The notes beneath the pieces are model-generated. The model was given only the letters and a program-made list of their open reading frames with translations, had not been told where the DNA came from and searched no databases. A DNA stretch of 59,143 bases, filler included, from Rhizaria sp. SCN 62-66 (lineage: Eukaryota), in the NCBI GenBank assembly GCA_001724265.1. It is 2 parts of 2 records of this genome, joined end to end, with 100 filler letters (N's around TTAATTAATTAA, not from the genome) between each part and the next. Parts side by side here need not be neighbours in the genome. Positions count along the whole stretch, not along the records: positions 27,497 to 59,143 come from MEDY01000406.1; 1 more part is not named here. The stretch is one strand, 5' to 3'. The position numbers were made by a program, and so were the translations under genes. Every line of letters begins with the position of its first letter. Position 1 is the stretch's first letter. Positions 33,201 through 46,318 of the stretch are shown here, piece after piece.

Positions 33201-35888
33201 CTCGGGGCTGCCACCACTGAGGACACCGGCGCTGCTAGCGTCACCGTCGACTGGAGTCTTCGTGGCTGAGTGTGACTGGCTTTCAGTTGAACTTGCAGAG
33301 GCATCAGGACTCGTTGCAGCCTGATTGGTCGGTGAAGCAATCGGAGCAGCGGTTGCAGCAGAGTCCGTTTCAGCACTCTTGACACTTGAATTAACAACAG
33401 TCTTGTCGGGGCTCGATGAGCTCCTGACATCACTCCCGGTGTTCACCGTAGCATCAACAGGAGAAGCAGCCGCCGCAGTCGCAGCTGCATCCGACGCAGC
33501 AGTCGCGTCCGTGTGTAGAGTGTTGGTCTCAGCGGTTACAACAGCTGGGTTCTTCTCTGTCTCAGTAGCAGCGGTGTTCCCAGCAGGCACAGCGACACCG
33601 GAACCGGTCTCTCGCGCGGCCGCCGCACCACTCACCGCGGGCGCGACAGTGGCCACTAGCACAGCCTCGGCCGCATCGGTGCCCGCAGTCACCACAGCCT
33701 CAGGCGCACCTGACTGAGACTGCGACCGTGAGTCGTTGCTCTGGTGGTGAAGCGAGGACACTGGAGACACGGTCACCACCGTCTCGGGCATCGGCAGGTG
33801 CGGCTTAACTTCCTGCTCCGCCAGCGGCTTAACTTCCCCGGCGGCGACTGCACGGGCGACCTCTAACAGCACTGCGCCCAAGGTAGCTGTTCTAGGCACA
33901 TTCGCGCCGCCATGATTAGCGTTGCCACTACTAGGAACATGGCCGTGTGCGTCTCCGTGGCCGTGAGGGCTCGCTCTCGCGCTGTCCTGACCGCCGTGAC
34001 CGCTGCCGCTGTCGACAACAACACTGGGGATGGTGACGGTAATGTTGCCGGCGCCGGCCGCCGGCAGCAGCAGCTCGCTGCTCACGTGCACTGCGGGGCC
34101 GTTCGCAGCAGCAGCCGGGGGCGGCAGAGCAAAGCCACTCTCTGCACCACTACCGTTGACGGCTGCAATAATCGGCTCCGATGAAGAAGCAGCTGCCGCT
34201 GCAGCGGCGGCTGCGGCGGCAGCAGCAGCGGCGGCGGCAGCGGCAGCGGCTGCAGCGGCGGCCGCAGCAGCAGCGGGCAGCTTAGATGCTTGCGTCGTCG
34301 CAGGCATAGGCGCGGGCGCAGTCGTAGTCCCGGTCCCAGGCACTGGCACCGCAGGAGCAGCAGCAGCGGCGGCCGCGGCAGCAGCGGCTGCGGCAGCGGC
34401 CGCCGTAGCAGCAGCGCTGTTTGCGACAACATTCGCAGCACCACCAGTCGCGGTGGCATGCAGAAGTTCGGCTGCGGCTGCGTCAACGTGGGGAGAGACA
34501 GATGTGATGTCGGGATCAATAGTCGTCGCGTTGCTCCAGCTTGGTTCTCTATGCAACGCATCACCACTCAAAACAGCGCCGGAATCGGTCGGACTAGTCA
34601 CGGCAACAGGCTCGTGCTCGCTCGACTTGACCTCCGTCGGTTGTTGCTGCTGCTGCTGTTGCTGCTGTTGCTGCTGCTGTTGCTCTTGCTTTGTCTCAAC
34701 AGTCGCGCTCGGCGAAGTAGGCGTCTCGTTGTTAGGCAGAACACCAATACTAGCACTCGCACTAGAGCTCGAGCTAGAACTGGCAGCAGGAGCAGTGCTG
34801 TGCGCATTCTGAGCCTGAGGGGGTGTTTCAGTCGCGACCACAGCGGGTTCAGTCGTCGTCTGGACTACAATCTCACTCTGTTGCTGTTGTTGCTGCTGCT
34901 GTTGTTGTTGTTGCTCAAGCTGCAACTGCTGATGTTGCTGCTGTGTGTTGCTGTCCTCGCCGTACAGCACCGCCTTGACGTCGGCGTCGGCGCGCGACAT
35001 CTCCTCCTCCAGCTCTTGCAGAATGGTCGACCCGTAGACGCGCACAAAGGTCAGCGTGCAGTAGTAATCCTGGCCGTAATGCGACAGCCAGCGCAGCTTG
35101 ACGAAGCGCACGAACTCGGGCCTGCTGATGCGGAACACCTGGGTCGAGCGGCGGTCGTCGGCGCGGTAGTTGCCCAGCCACACCCACTGCGACGTGGGGT
35201 AGTTGGACGAGCCCAGGAGCTGGAAGTCTTTGACGCGCGACGAGTAGTGCTCGAGATTGCCCAGCGCGATCGTGTCGATCGAGATGTCCTCGCTGAGCTG
35301 GATGACGAGCCATTTCTTCGTCTCGCAGGGAGCCATCATGTATCGGTCCACGTCGCTCTTCAGGACATTCGAGGGCTTCTTCATGTCTTTCGAGGCCGAG
35401 ATGAGCTTGGCGCCCGCGTCGGCCGAGGCCACGTTGAGCCGCAGCGGCTCGGTGCCGTCGGGAACTGGCCCCACGGCCGGACGGAGGTGGGTCGGCACAG
35501 GGCCCGCCGGCTGCTCAGGGGCGGTGGCGGTGGGCGGCACAGCTGGGGTGGCTGCTGTTGAGGCGGACTCCGCAGAGGCGGCAGCGACCGTGGGCTGCAC
35601 TGGAGTGACCGTGGGCTCGGAGGCAGCGACCGTGGGCTGCTGCTCAGCGGTGGTGGGCTGCGCGAGGGTGACTGTGGGTTGCTGTTCAGAAGCGGCCGCT
35701 GGCTGCACTGGAACGACAGTGGGTGGTGCGGGAGCCGTGTTGGACTCAGATGCAGGCACAGGAGCGGGGATAGCAGCGGAGCGCGCTGTCTCGGCCGCCG
35801 TCGCAGTCGCGGACTCGGCGGGGGCAGCGGAAGTTGGAGCAACAGCCTCAGCAGGTGCAGCCGCGTTGGGAGCAGCAGGCGCGCCAGG

Positions 35889-35921
<33 letters not shown>

Positions 35922-36866
35922 AGCATTCACGGTGGTGGTTATGACCTCAAGATTCATGTTAGCGTCAGCACTCTTTGCAGCAGCGGTACCAGCGGGAGCC
36001 TCAGGCGCAGGTGCGGTTGCAGTTGCACGCGCCGCACGTGCAGCAGTGGTGTCGAGCGGCGACGTGGTGGCGGCAGCGTCATCCGCAGTCTCTGCCATAG
36101 CGACAGCAGGGGGCTCGGACACAGGCGCGTCGGAGCCGTCCGCAACGACGATAGCTGCAGCGACAGGGACCGCGGCATTAGAGGCAGCTGCGCGAGCGCT
36201 GCCATCGGTATTCTTGCTCGCATCAGGGCTGGCGCCATTCCCAACACTGTCAGTCTTGCTGCTGTCTGCTGCAACCGCCTCGTTGTCCGACGGCTGTGTC
36301 GCCTGAGTCTCAGCTGTCGCAGGTGCGGGCGTCGCAGAGAGTGGCTTCTCTCTATTAGACGCAGCAACGTGAGCAGTGTCAGCACTCAGCTTCGTGCTTG
36401 CTGCAGTCTTGGCAGCAGTTGCGTCCGTCGCAGTCGCCGCATCATCGTTGGCGCTGGCTGCTAGTGCTGAGATGACGTCACTAGGAGCATTCGCGTCCGC
36501 AGATTTCGCAGTGACCGCGTCAGTAGCGTCGATCGCGCTAGGTGTGACTATGGACGCAGCGGAGGGCGTCGCTGCGGCTGCGGCAGGCGTGTCCGGCCTC
36601 TTGTCAGCGCCAACGGCAATGGGGGCGTTCGCTGCAGCTGCGGCAGCCTCAGCGGCCACAGGCGTCGCAAACAAGCCACATACGCTCAGCAGCAGCACCA
36701 ACAGCAGTGCCCGTAGGCGCCGTGCGGGTGTCCGAGTGCGTTGACACGATGCAAGCGCAGCTCCAGGCACCTGTGCAGAGGCTGGGTGCGATGAAGAGAC
36801 AGCGGCCTCCGCGGGAGGTGCTGGGCTCCTTTGCTGAGGCCGCTCAGGACCATAATAGCAGTCCAT
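30291..36866 (-). CDS. Mid-SUN domain protein (SUCO/Slp1/osteopotentia-like), 2191 aa
   Basis: SUN domain RLNVASADAGAK...DRYMMAPC...WLVIQLSE...NLEHYSS...LSHYGQDYYCTLTFVRVYG (~35030-35445). It also has an N-terminal hydrophobic segment, the coiled coil SVVKVLAARLKELDVEQAYLTRFLEEL and a C-terminal TM helix. Confidence 0.92.
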
Positions 36867-37223
36867 TCACGCGCAGCGGTAGTCGCTCAACGGCAAATCT
36901 GTTTCAGTGAAACGCGTTGGTGTAATCTAGAAGTGGGTTAAAGTCTGAACAGAAGCAGGGGAGAGATTGGGCGTAGTGGTTAGCACGGAGTGAGTCAGCC
37001 GGCCACGTAGCTTTTGTAGGCATTCGAGTTCAACAGAATCTAATCGTCATGTAGAATTATAATATCGGTTTCTACATAAAACGCAAGCATTTAAATTTAT
37101 CATTCAAACGACATCACTATCTGTCGATGTTACCTCTGCGTGCGACATCATTTCAAGAGGAGCCACAAGAGCCGGTCGGTCGGTCGTGGACCGACTGGAC
37201 ATGGTGGTTGCTTGGTGGCAGGC

Positions 37224-37238
37224 TTTTCGCGCCACGTG
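37224..37238 (+). promoter_or_regulatory. Candidate E2F site (TTTTCGCGCC) abutting a CACGTG box, upstream of EXO1
   Basis: Matches TTTSSCGC about 220 nt before the EXO1 ATG, in the divergent SUN/EXO1 spacer. Confidence 0.45.
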
Positions 37239-37454
37239 AGACATGAAAAATCAAGAAGCCACGGCATATACTGATCGTTAAAAGCATTATAATAACAATT
37301 TATAGAATTAAATTTAACCAATCTCCACTATTTCGGTATTATTTCATCTTTATCGTTCGTTGTAGTGCTACTTCTCCGCCCTCTCGTGCGTTGAACTCTC
37401 ACAACCCCGCCCGTCCCCGCACTCACCCCCCGCGCGCGGCCTAGCCCGCCTCCG

Positions 37455-40400
37455 ATGGGCATCACCAATCTGCTGCCGCAGCTGGGCGATGTGACTGACA
37501 CCAAGTTCCACCTCAGCCGGTTTGCAGGCCGCCGCGTCGCCGTCGACGGCTACTCCTGGCTCCACAAGACTGCCTTCTCGACCGCCGTCGAGCTCGCACT
37601 CGGCCTGCCGTCCCCGCGCTGGCTCGACAACTTCATGGCGCGCGTCACCGCGCTGCTGCACCACAAGATCTGCCCGATTATCGTCTTTGACGGCGCGCGC
37701 CTGCCCTCCAAGGCGGCCACGGAGTCCTCGCGCGGCTCATCCCGCCAGCGCGCGCGCGCTCAGGGCCTGGCCGCGCTGGCCGCGGGCGACAAGCCCGCCG
37801 CGCGGCGCGCCTTCCAGGGCGGGGCCTCGATCCCGCCAGCCATGGCGGCCGCGTGCGTGGCGGCGCTGCGGCTGCTGCCGGGTGTGCGCACGGTCGTCGC
37901 GCCCTTCGAGGCCGACGCGCAGCTCGCCTGGCTGGCGCGCACCGGCCGCGCCCACGCCGTCATCACCGAGGACAGCGACCTGCTGCTCTTCGGTGTCCCG
38001 CGCCTCATCTTCAAGCTCGACCAAGGCTCTGGCATGGGACAACTGGTCACTCTGGCCGACGTGTTGACACGCTCAGCCCGCTTCGGCGGCTTGACTTTCG
38101 CACAGTTCCGTGCGGCCTGCATTCTCTCCGGCTGCGACTACGCGCCCTCGGTGCCCACCGTCGGACTCGTAAAGGCCGTCGCCGCAATCCGCAAGCATCC
38201 ATGCTGGCACCGGGTGGTCCGCGACTGGCGCCGCGCGGGGGTGCTCACGGTCAGGCAAGGCTATGAAGAGGAAGTGGCCTGCGCAGAAGCCACGTTCCAG
38301 TTCCAACACGTCGCAGCCGTCTTCAACACGAATTGCAGCAACAGCAACGGTGCGTCGTCAGCGAGCACGAGCGTTGGAAGCAACAGCGCGTCTGTGTTGA
38401 CGCAGCAGCAGCAGAGGGGCGGCGGTGTTAGATCTGCGACCGCGTATGCTGAGTGCTCCCACGTGCCCGCTGCGGTCTCTTGCGACGACTACCACCCGCT
38501 GCTTGACTTTGATTACACCGCCGTCGCCGCCGCTGGTAGCCCGAAAACAAGCACAACCGCGGTCTTCGGGTGCCCGTTGCCGCCTGCGTTCGCCAACAAC
38601 GGCGCGGCAAGCAAGCCCGCGAGCACCTCGACTGCGGCGCCCGGCGTTGTGAGCAGCGGGTGGCAAACGAAGCAGGCCTCCGCGGTCGTGCCCGGGATGC
38701 GACCTAACTTCCCAGCCGCGGCCGCCGCCGTCACGTTACCGCCTGAGCAGGAGAGGCAGCGCCAGCAGCGGCGGCTGCTGCGGAGGCAGCACCGGTGGCG
38801 GGCACTGACCGTGTTGCGCGCCACCGCCGACGCGGCCGTGTACGACAAAGACGCGGCGGTTCGCGAAAGAGCCGCCGCGAGACTTATTGCGCAGTACCAC
38901 GGCGACAGCACTGCTGACTCAGCAGCGACCGTCGTGATCGAGGAGGTGGCGGTGGACTGGGGTGACTGTGAGCAGCATCAGGGACTGTGGACCGGCATCG
39001 GCCTCAGCAGCGACAGTGACGAAGATGATGACGACGACGACGCGTATGATGATTGCAATCATGAGGACGCCTATGATTATGATATTGACAGCATCAATGT
39101 TCCTGCAGCCGCTGGCACAAGCTCTAGCTCGAGTGCGCGTGCTTCTGTCAATACGAGTGCAGTTGCGACTGAGAAGCAGCTGGCGCAGTGCCGCCGTCTG
39201 TGGGCACGTGCGGCGGCCGCCGCGGCCGACTGCGGCTGCGTCGTGCGTTCGCTCGAGCCGGTGCCGGTGCCGCTCATGAAGCCGCTGCCGCCCCTGCACT
39301 CCGGTGACTGTGCCCACGGTCACCGCGGCGCTGCTCACGGTCGGTTGAGTGGGGGCGCTGCTCACGGTCAGTCGGCAGTCGCAGGCAAGACTCGCAATCG
39401 TGTAGCGATCGATGTCGACGTCGTTGCTGCCATCGCAAACGCAATGCTCACGACCGCAGGCAACGACACTAACAACGCTCAATCTTCGCCCCAACTCCAG
39501 CAGCAGCAAGAGTTGCTATCCCCTCATGGCCGCGCCAAGTCGCCCTTCGGTGTTGGGGTCGGCAGCAGTCCTGCAACGAATACGACTCCAGTCAGCAGCA
39601 GTAGTCGTCGTCGCCCTCAGGGCAAAGGCAAGAACAACAACAATGTTGAGACTGGCTGCAATAGCAGCTCGCCCACGACGAGCACCGACGGTGACGCCGG
39701 TCAAGACGGCGGCTGCGAGTTCGGTCTCTCGAACGGCCTCGACTCGGACTCCGACTCAGTCGGGGATCTCAACGACGACGCTGACGCCGATGCCAATGCT
39801 GACGACGTCGACGACTGTGGCGACGCCAACGGTGACTGTGAGCTGGCCCAGCCCAGTGACTGTGGGCAGGGCGCGTTCCCGGCGTACCTGTGGGCGCTAC
39901 ACTGCTGCCCTTTTTGCCCCGCACTGTCCGCCGAGGACGCAGTGGCGCTTAAGTCTGCGCTCGCCGCAACCAACACTGCCGCGGCCGCTACTGTACTGGC
40001 GAGCGGCGCTGACACGGCGAAAATCGTTCTGATGACAGATACTGATGACGCTGAGAACGCGAGCAGCTACAACACTAACAGCCTGGGTAGTAATCATAGC
40101 GTCATGATATCCGGCAGTGACTGCTGGTCGCTCACTCTCGACGCACTGCACGGAACACCGCCACGGCTTCCTCTGACTGCCATGAATTGCCACAGCAGTG
40201 CTTCCAGTGCGAATGCAAAGACGACGCAGTGGACTCAGGCCGCAACGTTTCTTGCCGAAGCTTTGTTTGCGACACCGCCCGCTTTCAATTCGGTATCAAT
40301 AATCAATGCTCTCACAGCGCTCTCGCGCATCGCGCCCCCGTCCCCCTTACACTCCGCTATTGGCGTCGCGTTAAGTCTAGCCGCCTCCCCCCCGACCGTG

Positions 40401-43400
40401 GGCTCACTGACCGTGGGCTCGCTGACCGTGGCTGCGGCCACAGTGGCCGCGGTGGCGGCCCACGTTCGCAATGCCCGCGCGCTGTGCAGCCTCGGCCCCG
40501 CGTCCGCCCGCTGCGGCGAGTGGGCCTGGGCGGCCTCAGCTGACGACACGCTGTCCGTCGCCACCATCGCGGCGGCGGCACACAGTGCTAGCGCACCGGC
40601 GCGCGCTGGACTGACTGTGAGCGGCAATGTGAGCTGCAATGGCGCCTCCAACTCGAGCGGCTACTGTCTCGCTAATGGAAGCCTCGCGTTCGCGGTTGCG
40701 CCAGCCTCGGATGTGGAGGGCTACTTACGCAGGAAGCTCGAGGTCCTTAGCTCATCCGGTGACGAGGCACTCACCCATGAGCACGACGAGCTGTTCGCGC
40801 TTGGCCACCTGCTGTCACAACTCATGAGACACTGTGCGCCGCAGTCAAGCAACGCGAATGCGCCGTCAGAACTGCTGCTGAGCTCACAGTCATTGAGAGC
40901 AGTCACTGCTGTCTGGTCTCTGTACTGTCGCTTTCACGCCCCGTCTGCGCTGACTGCGCTCAGCAACAACAACAACAACAACAACAGCAACACTGCCACT
41001 GCGATGAGTTGTGATACTGCGCTCGCCTGGCCCGTGTCCGCGTTCACTCAGAACGCATACGCTCTGCACGTCGCCATGGCTTTGGCCGCGCGCGAGTGCT
41101 CCAGACGCAGTCATGTCAACAGCAATTACGCGAACGCTACCGCAAGTGGCTTTGAGCAAGGTAGTTACACTAGTTTGGGGGGATACGACGAGTGGTTTGC
41201 CCGCTTCGCTCTTCCTGGGTTCATCCCTGAGCGGCTTACCTTCGGACACAGAGTGACTGTGCGCACCCCATTCGTCGATGCCTCGGCAACAACAGCTTCT
41301 ACAGCTAGAGTGACACCAGAGTTCACCGCTGACCGTGTGCTGTTGGGAGATGTTGCAAGCTATTTCCTGCCTTCACTCGCCCACTCACAATCAACGACCA
41401 AGGGTCACCAAGTGGCCGTGGCCAGCGGCGGCAGCGATGTGCCTGCGCGGCCGCTGTCGGCTCAGTACACCATCCCCGCAGTCTGGCCCCTCACAGTCTC
41501 TCTGCCGTACGCATCCGCGAACAACGCTAACGGCAACGGCAACAACAACGCCAAGAACAACACGACTGCGATGTCCCTTGCAGCCGCAGCCGTCTCCGCC
41601 GCCGCAGCGTCATCTTCGTTCTCCGCTCTGGGGCCTGCACATCCGCTGGCGCTGCTGCTGTGCCGCGCCACTGCCGCCTGCGCCTGTGACCGTGCGCACT
41701 TTGTGGCCACGGTCACTGGTGCTCCCGCGAGTACCCCCACGAGTCCCGCGAGTACACCCACGAGTGCCGCCGTTGTGAGCACTTATGCGCCGTCATTCCG
41801 CGCTGCCTTCTCTGCGGCGCTGTCCAAAGTCAAGCCGCCCCCCTTACTCCCCGCGACGCACCTCGACCACTTCCTTTCCCCGCGGCCCGCAGCGCACGCG
41901 CTGGCTCTTCTCACCGCGTCGGCGCGCCTATGTCCCGACTCGTTCGCGCCTCAGCCCACTGACCCCGCCGCCGCGCTGGCCGCGGCCGCGCTGCGTGGCG
42001 CAGCGGCCGTGCGGCGCGCGCACAGAATCGGGCTCGCGGTGCCGGCGGGGCGAGAGGGTGCCGGGCTGCGATTGGTGACCGTGGGCAATGCCAGCCCCGT
42101 GACCGTGAGTCGTCGCGGCGATGGCGGCGCGGTGCCCGTGGGCAGTCGTAACAGCCCAGTGAATGTGGGCAGCGACGACGTGACCGTGAGCGATGGGCGC
42201 AATGTTCGCGTGGGTGAGCTTACTCTTCAGATAACTGGCGCTAACGCGGCCAATGCACGCGCCTTGAGTGTCAACGGCGCAAGTGGTGCGAAGCAAAGGC
42301 AGTGTGCGCTGTTTGCGTCGATGATGTATCTCACGTCTGTGCTCACGGCGAACAAGGCACTCTCACGCAATAACGTGCCTACATCACCCATCGGGTCCCC
42401 TGTAAATCGAGGGGCGCTCGCACCTGATCATCTGGGTGAATTTGATACCGCGACGAAGTGGGACGCACTGCACAAGTCTCTTGGTTTCCTCGTTCTTGAC
42501 AGCAACAGTGTCAACAGCAGCTCGATTACCTCACGCTCCGTGAGTTTCAACTCCAACGTCAATGCTCGCGTGAATACGAACAGCACCAGCGCTGCGAGAG
42601 GGGATTTCGCTGTGTGCACGCGTCTGCGTCTCGAGTGGTCCGAGGCCGAAGCGTACCGCACGCTGTGGACCGGCAAGGCCAACGGCGCTGCTGCTGCCAG
42701 TAACAACAGGTACCAGTTGTCCGCGGCCAACGGACGGCCGCTTAGAGCGAACGGGTACACGGGTCGCAGCTACAGCAATGGCAGCAACGTCGCCGACAGC
42801 ACCAGCACCGGGCGCTCTGCCTTCGGTGCAAATGCGGCCAACGGCGGTGGCCGCGGTGCCGTGGACGCTGCAATGGCGAAGATTCACGGCAAGAACGGCG
42901 GTGCACTGGCGAAAGCTGGCTTACTGTTCAATGGAGTTGCAGTGCAAAGCCCTGTCGCTGGAGCGTCACCCGTAGGCACTGTTGCTCCTGCGTCAGCTGC
43001 GACTGCGAACAACAGCAGCAACAGCTTCAAGAGCGCATTTGCCTCATCCGCTAGCAACGGTGTGCAGGCGAAGACGGGAGCAAGTATCGTCACACCCGCC
43101 CGTGGCGGCTTGACTTCCGGATTGGGCGGTTTAACTTCGCCGACACTGACGACTCCCACGGTCGCCCGGCGGTCGGCCTCTGTCTACAGCAGTGTGAGCA
43201 TCAACAACAATATGAGCGATGCTGCTGTGTATGCGAGTGTTCGTGCTGATGCAGCGAAGACAAGCACCGCTGGGTGGCTGTTCACCCCGCCTCAGCGCGC
43301 TGCCTCCGTTGTGTCCTCGGTCACGACCACGTCCAGCTCCAGTGTCAGCCGCAGTCACTCGATCTACAGCAAGAACAACGGCAACATCGCTGGAGCGGGC

Positions 43401-45232
43401 AGCCGCAACGCTGAGCCGTCTCCCTTTGCCCCGGCCTCAGCCAAAGCGTCCCCTGACGGCAGCAGCAGCAACAACAGCGGAAACAATAACAGTAACAGCA
43501 AGAGCAATGGTAGTAGCTTGAATACCTACGGTCTACCGATGGAGTCGCCTCCGAGTCTGTTATTCTCCCTGTCTCCGTCGCTCGGGGTCGCCGAGAGCGG
43601 CACGCCCGCTGTAAGTGCCAGCTGCGAGATCGATCTAAGTACGCCGGTGGTCGATCTAAGTACCCCCGCAGTGGCATCGATTCCTGTCATGATTGGTCTC
43701 GATGACGAGGCCGATGATGATGACGACGCAAGCTCGAACACTCATACGCCTGCGGCTGGGATCGCAACTGTGGTCAATAGCAAGGGTGATTGTGCCTCTT
43801 CTGCTCCTTTGGGCACGCGCAGCTCGCGTAGTGCTTTGGAATGCATGCTCGACCTCGTTGTGCCCGGAGTCGCAGCCAGCGCCAGCGCAAGCGACGACAA
43901 GAGTGCGAATGCTCGCAAGTCGACTCCCACCACTGAGAGTCACAGTGCCGATGCTAAAGCGCCGCAGATGCACTCATGCGACCCAGTACCGGTGACTTTT
44001 GCTCATGTCGTCGCAGCCGCTCCTATTGTGACTGGGAGCACTGTGGCAAGAAGCAATTCTGTGATCGCATTTGCAAGCGTCAGCTCTTGCTCTAGCTCGG
44101 GCGATGTGAGCGCCACATTAAGTGACACTGTTGTTAACACTAGGGCCGAGGACAACGGCGGCGCCACTGTGCTCAGCGGCGGGGTCGGCGCGCTGTTCAA
44201 GCGCGGGCTCTGGCGCTCCTCCGCCGCTGTCGCGACCGCGGAAGCGGATTGCACCGACGGCGGCACCATTCGGAGCAGTCGCGTCAACACAAACAACACG
44301 AGTGAAGTCAAGATGACGTTCAGTAGCTCGACCTCGAGCTCCAGCTCTCGCTCAGCCGCCGGTGCTACGACTAACAGCGTCACTATTGTTGACACTGTTG
44401 TCGATGTCAGTCATAGTGCGACGTCAGCCAACGGCGCAGTGAACACAGGAATCGACTCGACTGCATCGAGTCTCGCTGTGTTCCTTGACACGGACACAAC
44501 AAGCACAAACGGCAACAACAAGGCCGCAGTGGCGAAGACTCGCAATGAGCAGGCAACCAGCAATGATAACGTTGTCATCAATACGGCTGCGTCGCCACAA
44601 ACAGGCCGTGAGTGTGACCGTGAGCAGAAGCAGGAGCAAGAGCATGAGCAGGAGCATGAGGCGTCCGCAGTCAACGTCTTTGCGGCTGCTTGGAAGCGCC
44701 GCCGTCTCTCTGCCGCCGCCCACAGCGTCACGGAGACCGAGACCGCGATCACTGCGGACGCCGGGAGCCTCTCCCACCGCCACGGTCGCACTGGCGTGCA
44801 GTCAATCTCGCCGTCTTTATCGTCATCGGCAGTTCTCATCGTGGATAACCCACTTGATGAAGCCAAGTCATGGCGTCTGGAGCTGGAGCCATTCGCTGAC
44901 GACAGCTTGGATCGTGTCGAGAGTAAGAGTGCCGGTGATGACACTAATGCACTTTTCTCTGCAGTCTCGTCCCGCGCTGCGTCGACCGTTGGCTCGCCCG
45001 CCACATCTACCGGCCACAACGACGACGACGGTGACAGTGACGGCCACCGCGACGTCGACAGCGGTGAAGTCGTGAGCGAGGTCAATGTCAGCTTCGTGGT
45101 CACTATGGAGGACGGCGTTACCAACTCGGCGGCTACTCCTGGCACTGCGAAAGAGTCATCCAAGCGTCGTACTGCTGCGCACCCGGTATCTACGAGCCCT
45201 CCGTCTGCGGACGCCACAGGCGGCGACTTTGA

Positions 45233-45281
<49 letters not shown>

Positions 45282-45998
45282 ACTGACATCAAGAGAGCCG
45301 CAAGTAGCGCCAGCAAGAACAACGGTAGCGGCCGCGGCAAGGTCAGCGCCTCGGTTGCCATCACCGCGGCAAGCAACGCGACGAACCCCGTCTCTGCTTC
45401 TGCAGACGATGTTGGACTGAGTGAGCGTGTCAGCAGGAAGAAAGCTCGCCTCAGTGGTGTTGCTGCTGATGAGAGGACATCTGTCGCCGGTGATAACGAT
45501 AGCGATGATGGTGATCTGGTGACTGTGAGTGTGTTTCTTGCTTCGCCAACGCAGTCATCATCATCATCATCGTCCTCCTCCTCGTCAGCTTCTGATGCAG
45601 TCACCGATCCGGGGGCAACAAGCTCACACTCGCAACGCAAGAGCGCGACCATGGTGAACAAGAGCAACACCTGCGGTCTCGCTATCAATAAGCAAATGTC
45701 GCTGAAACTATTCGCGTCTCCTGTTGTCAACAGCAGCAGCTTTGACACGAGTGCTCGTGCGAACAGTACAAGTGTCACCCTGGCTCAAGCTCAAAAGAGC
45801 GCTCCGGCAATGCATAATCTCAAGAGTGGACAGATGCCGTTGATGCGCTTTGCGTCCACCACAAGCAAGAAGGCCTTGCCTGTTGCGACGACCTTGGGAC
45901 AGACCACGCATGAGGAAAAGGGGGACGGTGAGAGTCCCGCAGTGCCAGTGAGGCGACTTGACTTCGGGGAAGTAGACCTTGTCAGCGACGACGACTAA
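37455..45998 (+). CDS. EXO1: Exonuclease 1 (XPG/Rad2 family) with very large low-complexity insertions, 2847 aa
   Basis: MGITNLLPQL, VAVDGYSWLHK, PIIVFDGARLPSK, VVAPFEADAQLAWL, VITEDSDLLLFG and ILSGCDY. The catalytic acidic residues are intact. Confidence 0.93.
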
Positions 45999-46318
45999 AA
46001 TTATTTTCACAATAATACTAGGAAAAACATATTTAGCTTTTTAACATAATATTCAGTCAACTCGTGATTATATAGTTCAAAATGTATCTATTTCCTTCCC
46101 GGTTACTAGTTATGATGAATACATTACACACACTCTTCGTTCGCTTCTATCTCGTTGCGCGATCTGTTTTACTCTAAAATGATGCTGATTAACCAGGTGG
46201 CAACGCGTGATACAATCAATATGACTTGTAAAGGTGTGTGTGCACAAACTTTGTTTCGGTTAATAAATCGCCTACGTCCTGCCACTTATATAACGATGAC
46301 GAAAGTGTTGTTGACCGC

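Noticed and set aside
46112..46188. ATGATGA...CTGA pair resembling a C/D box snoRNA
   Set aside because: There is no convincing terminal stem or rRNA-complementary guide, and such boxes arise by chance in AT-rich DNA.
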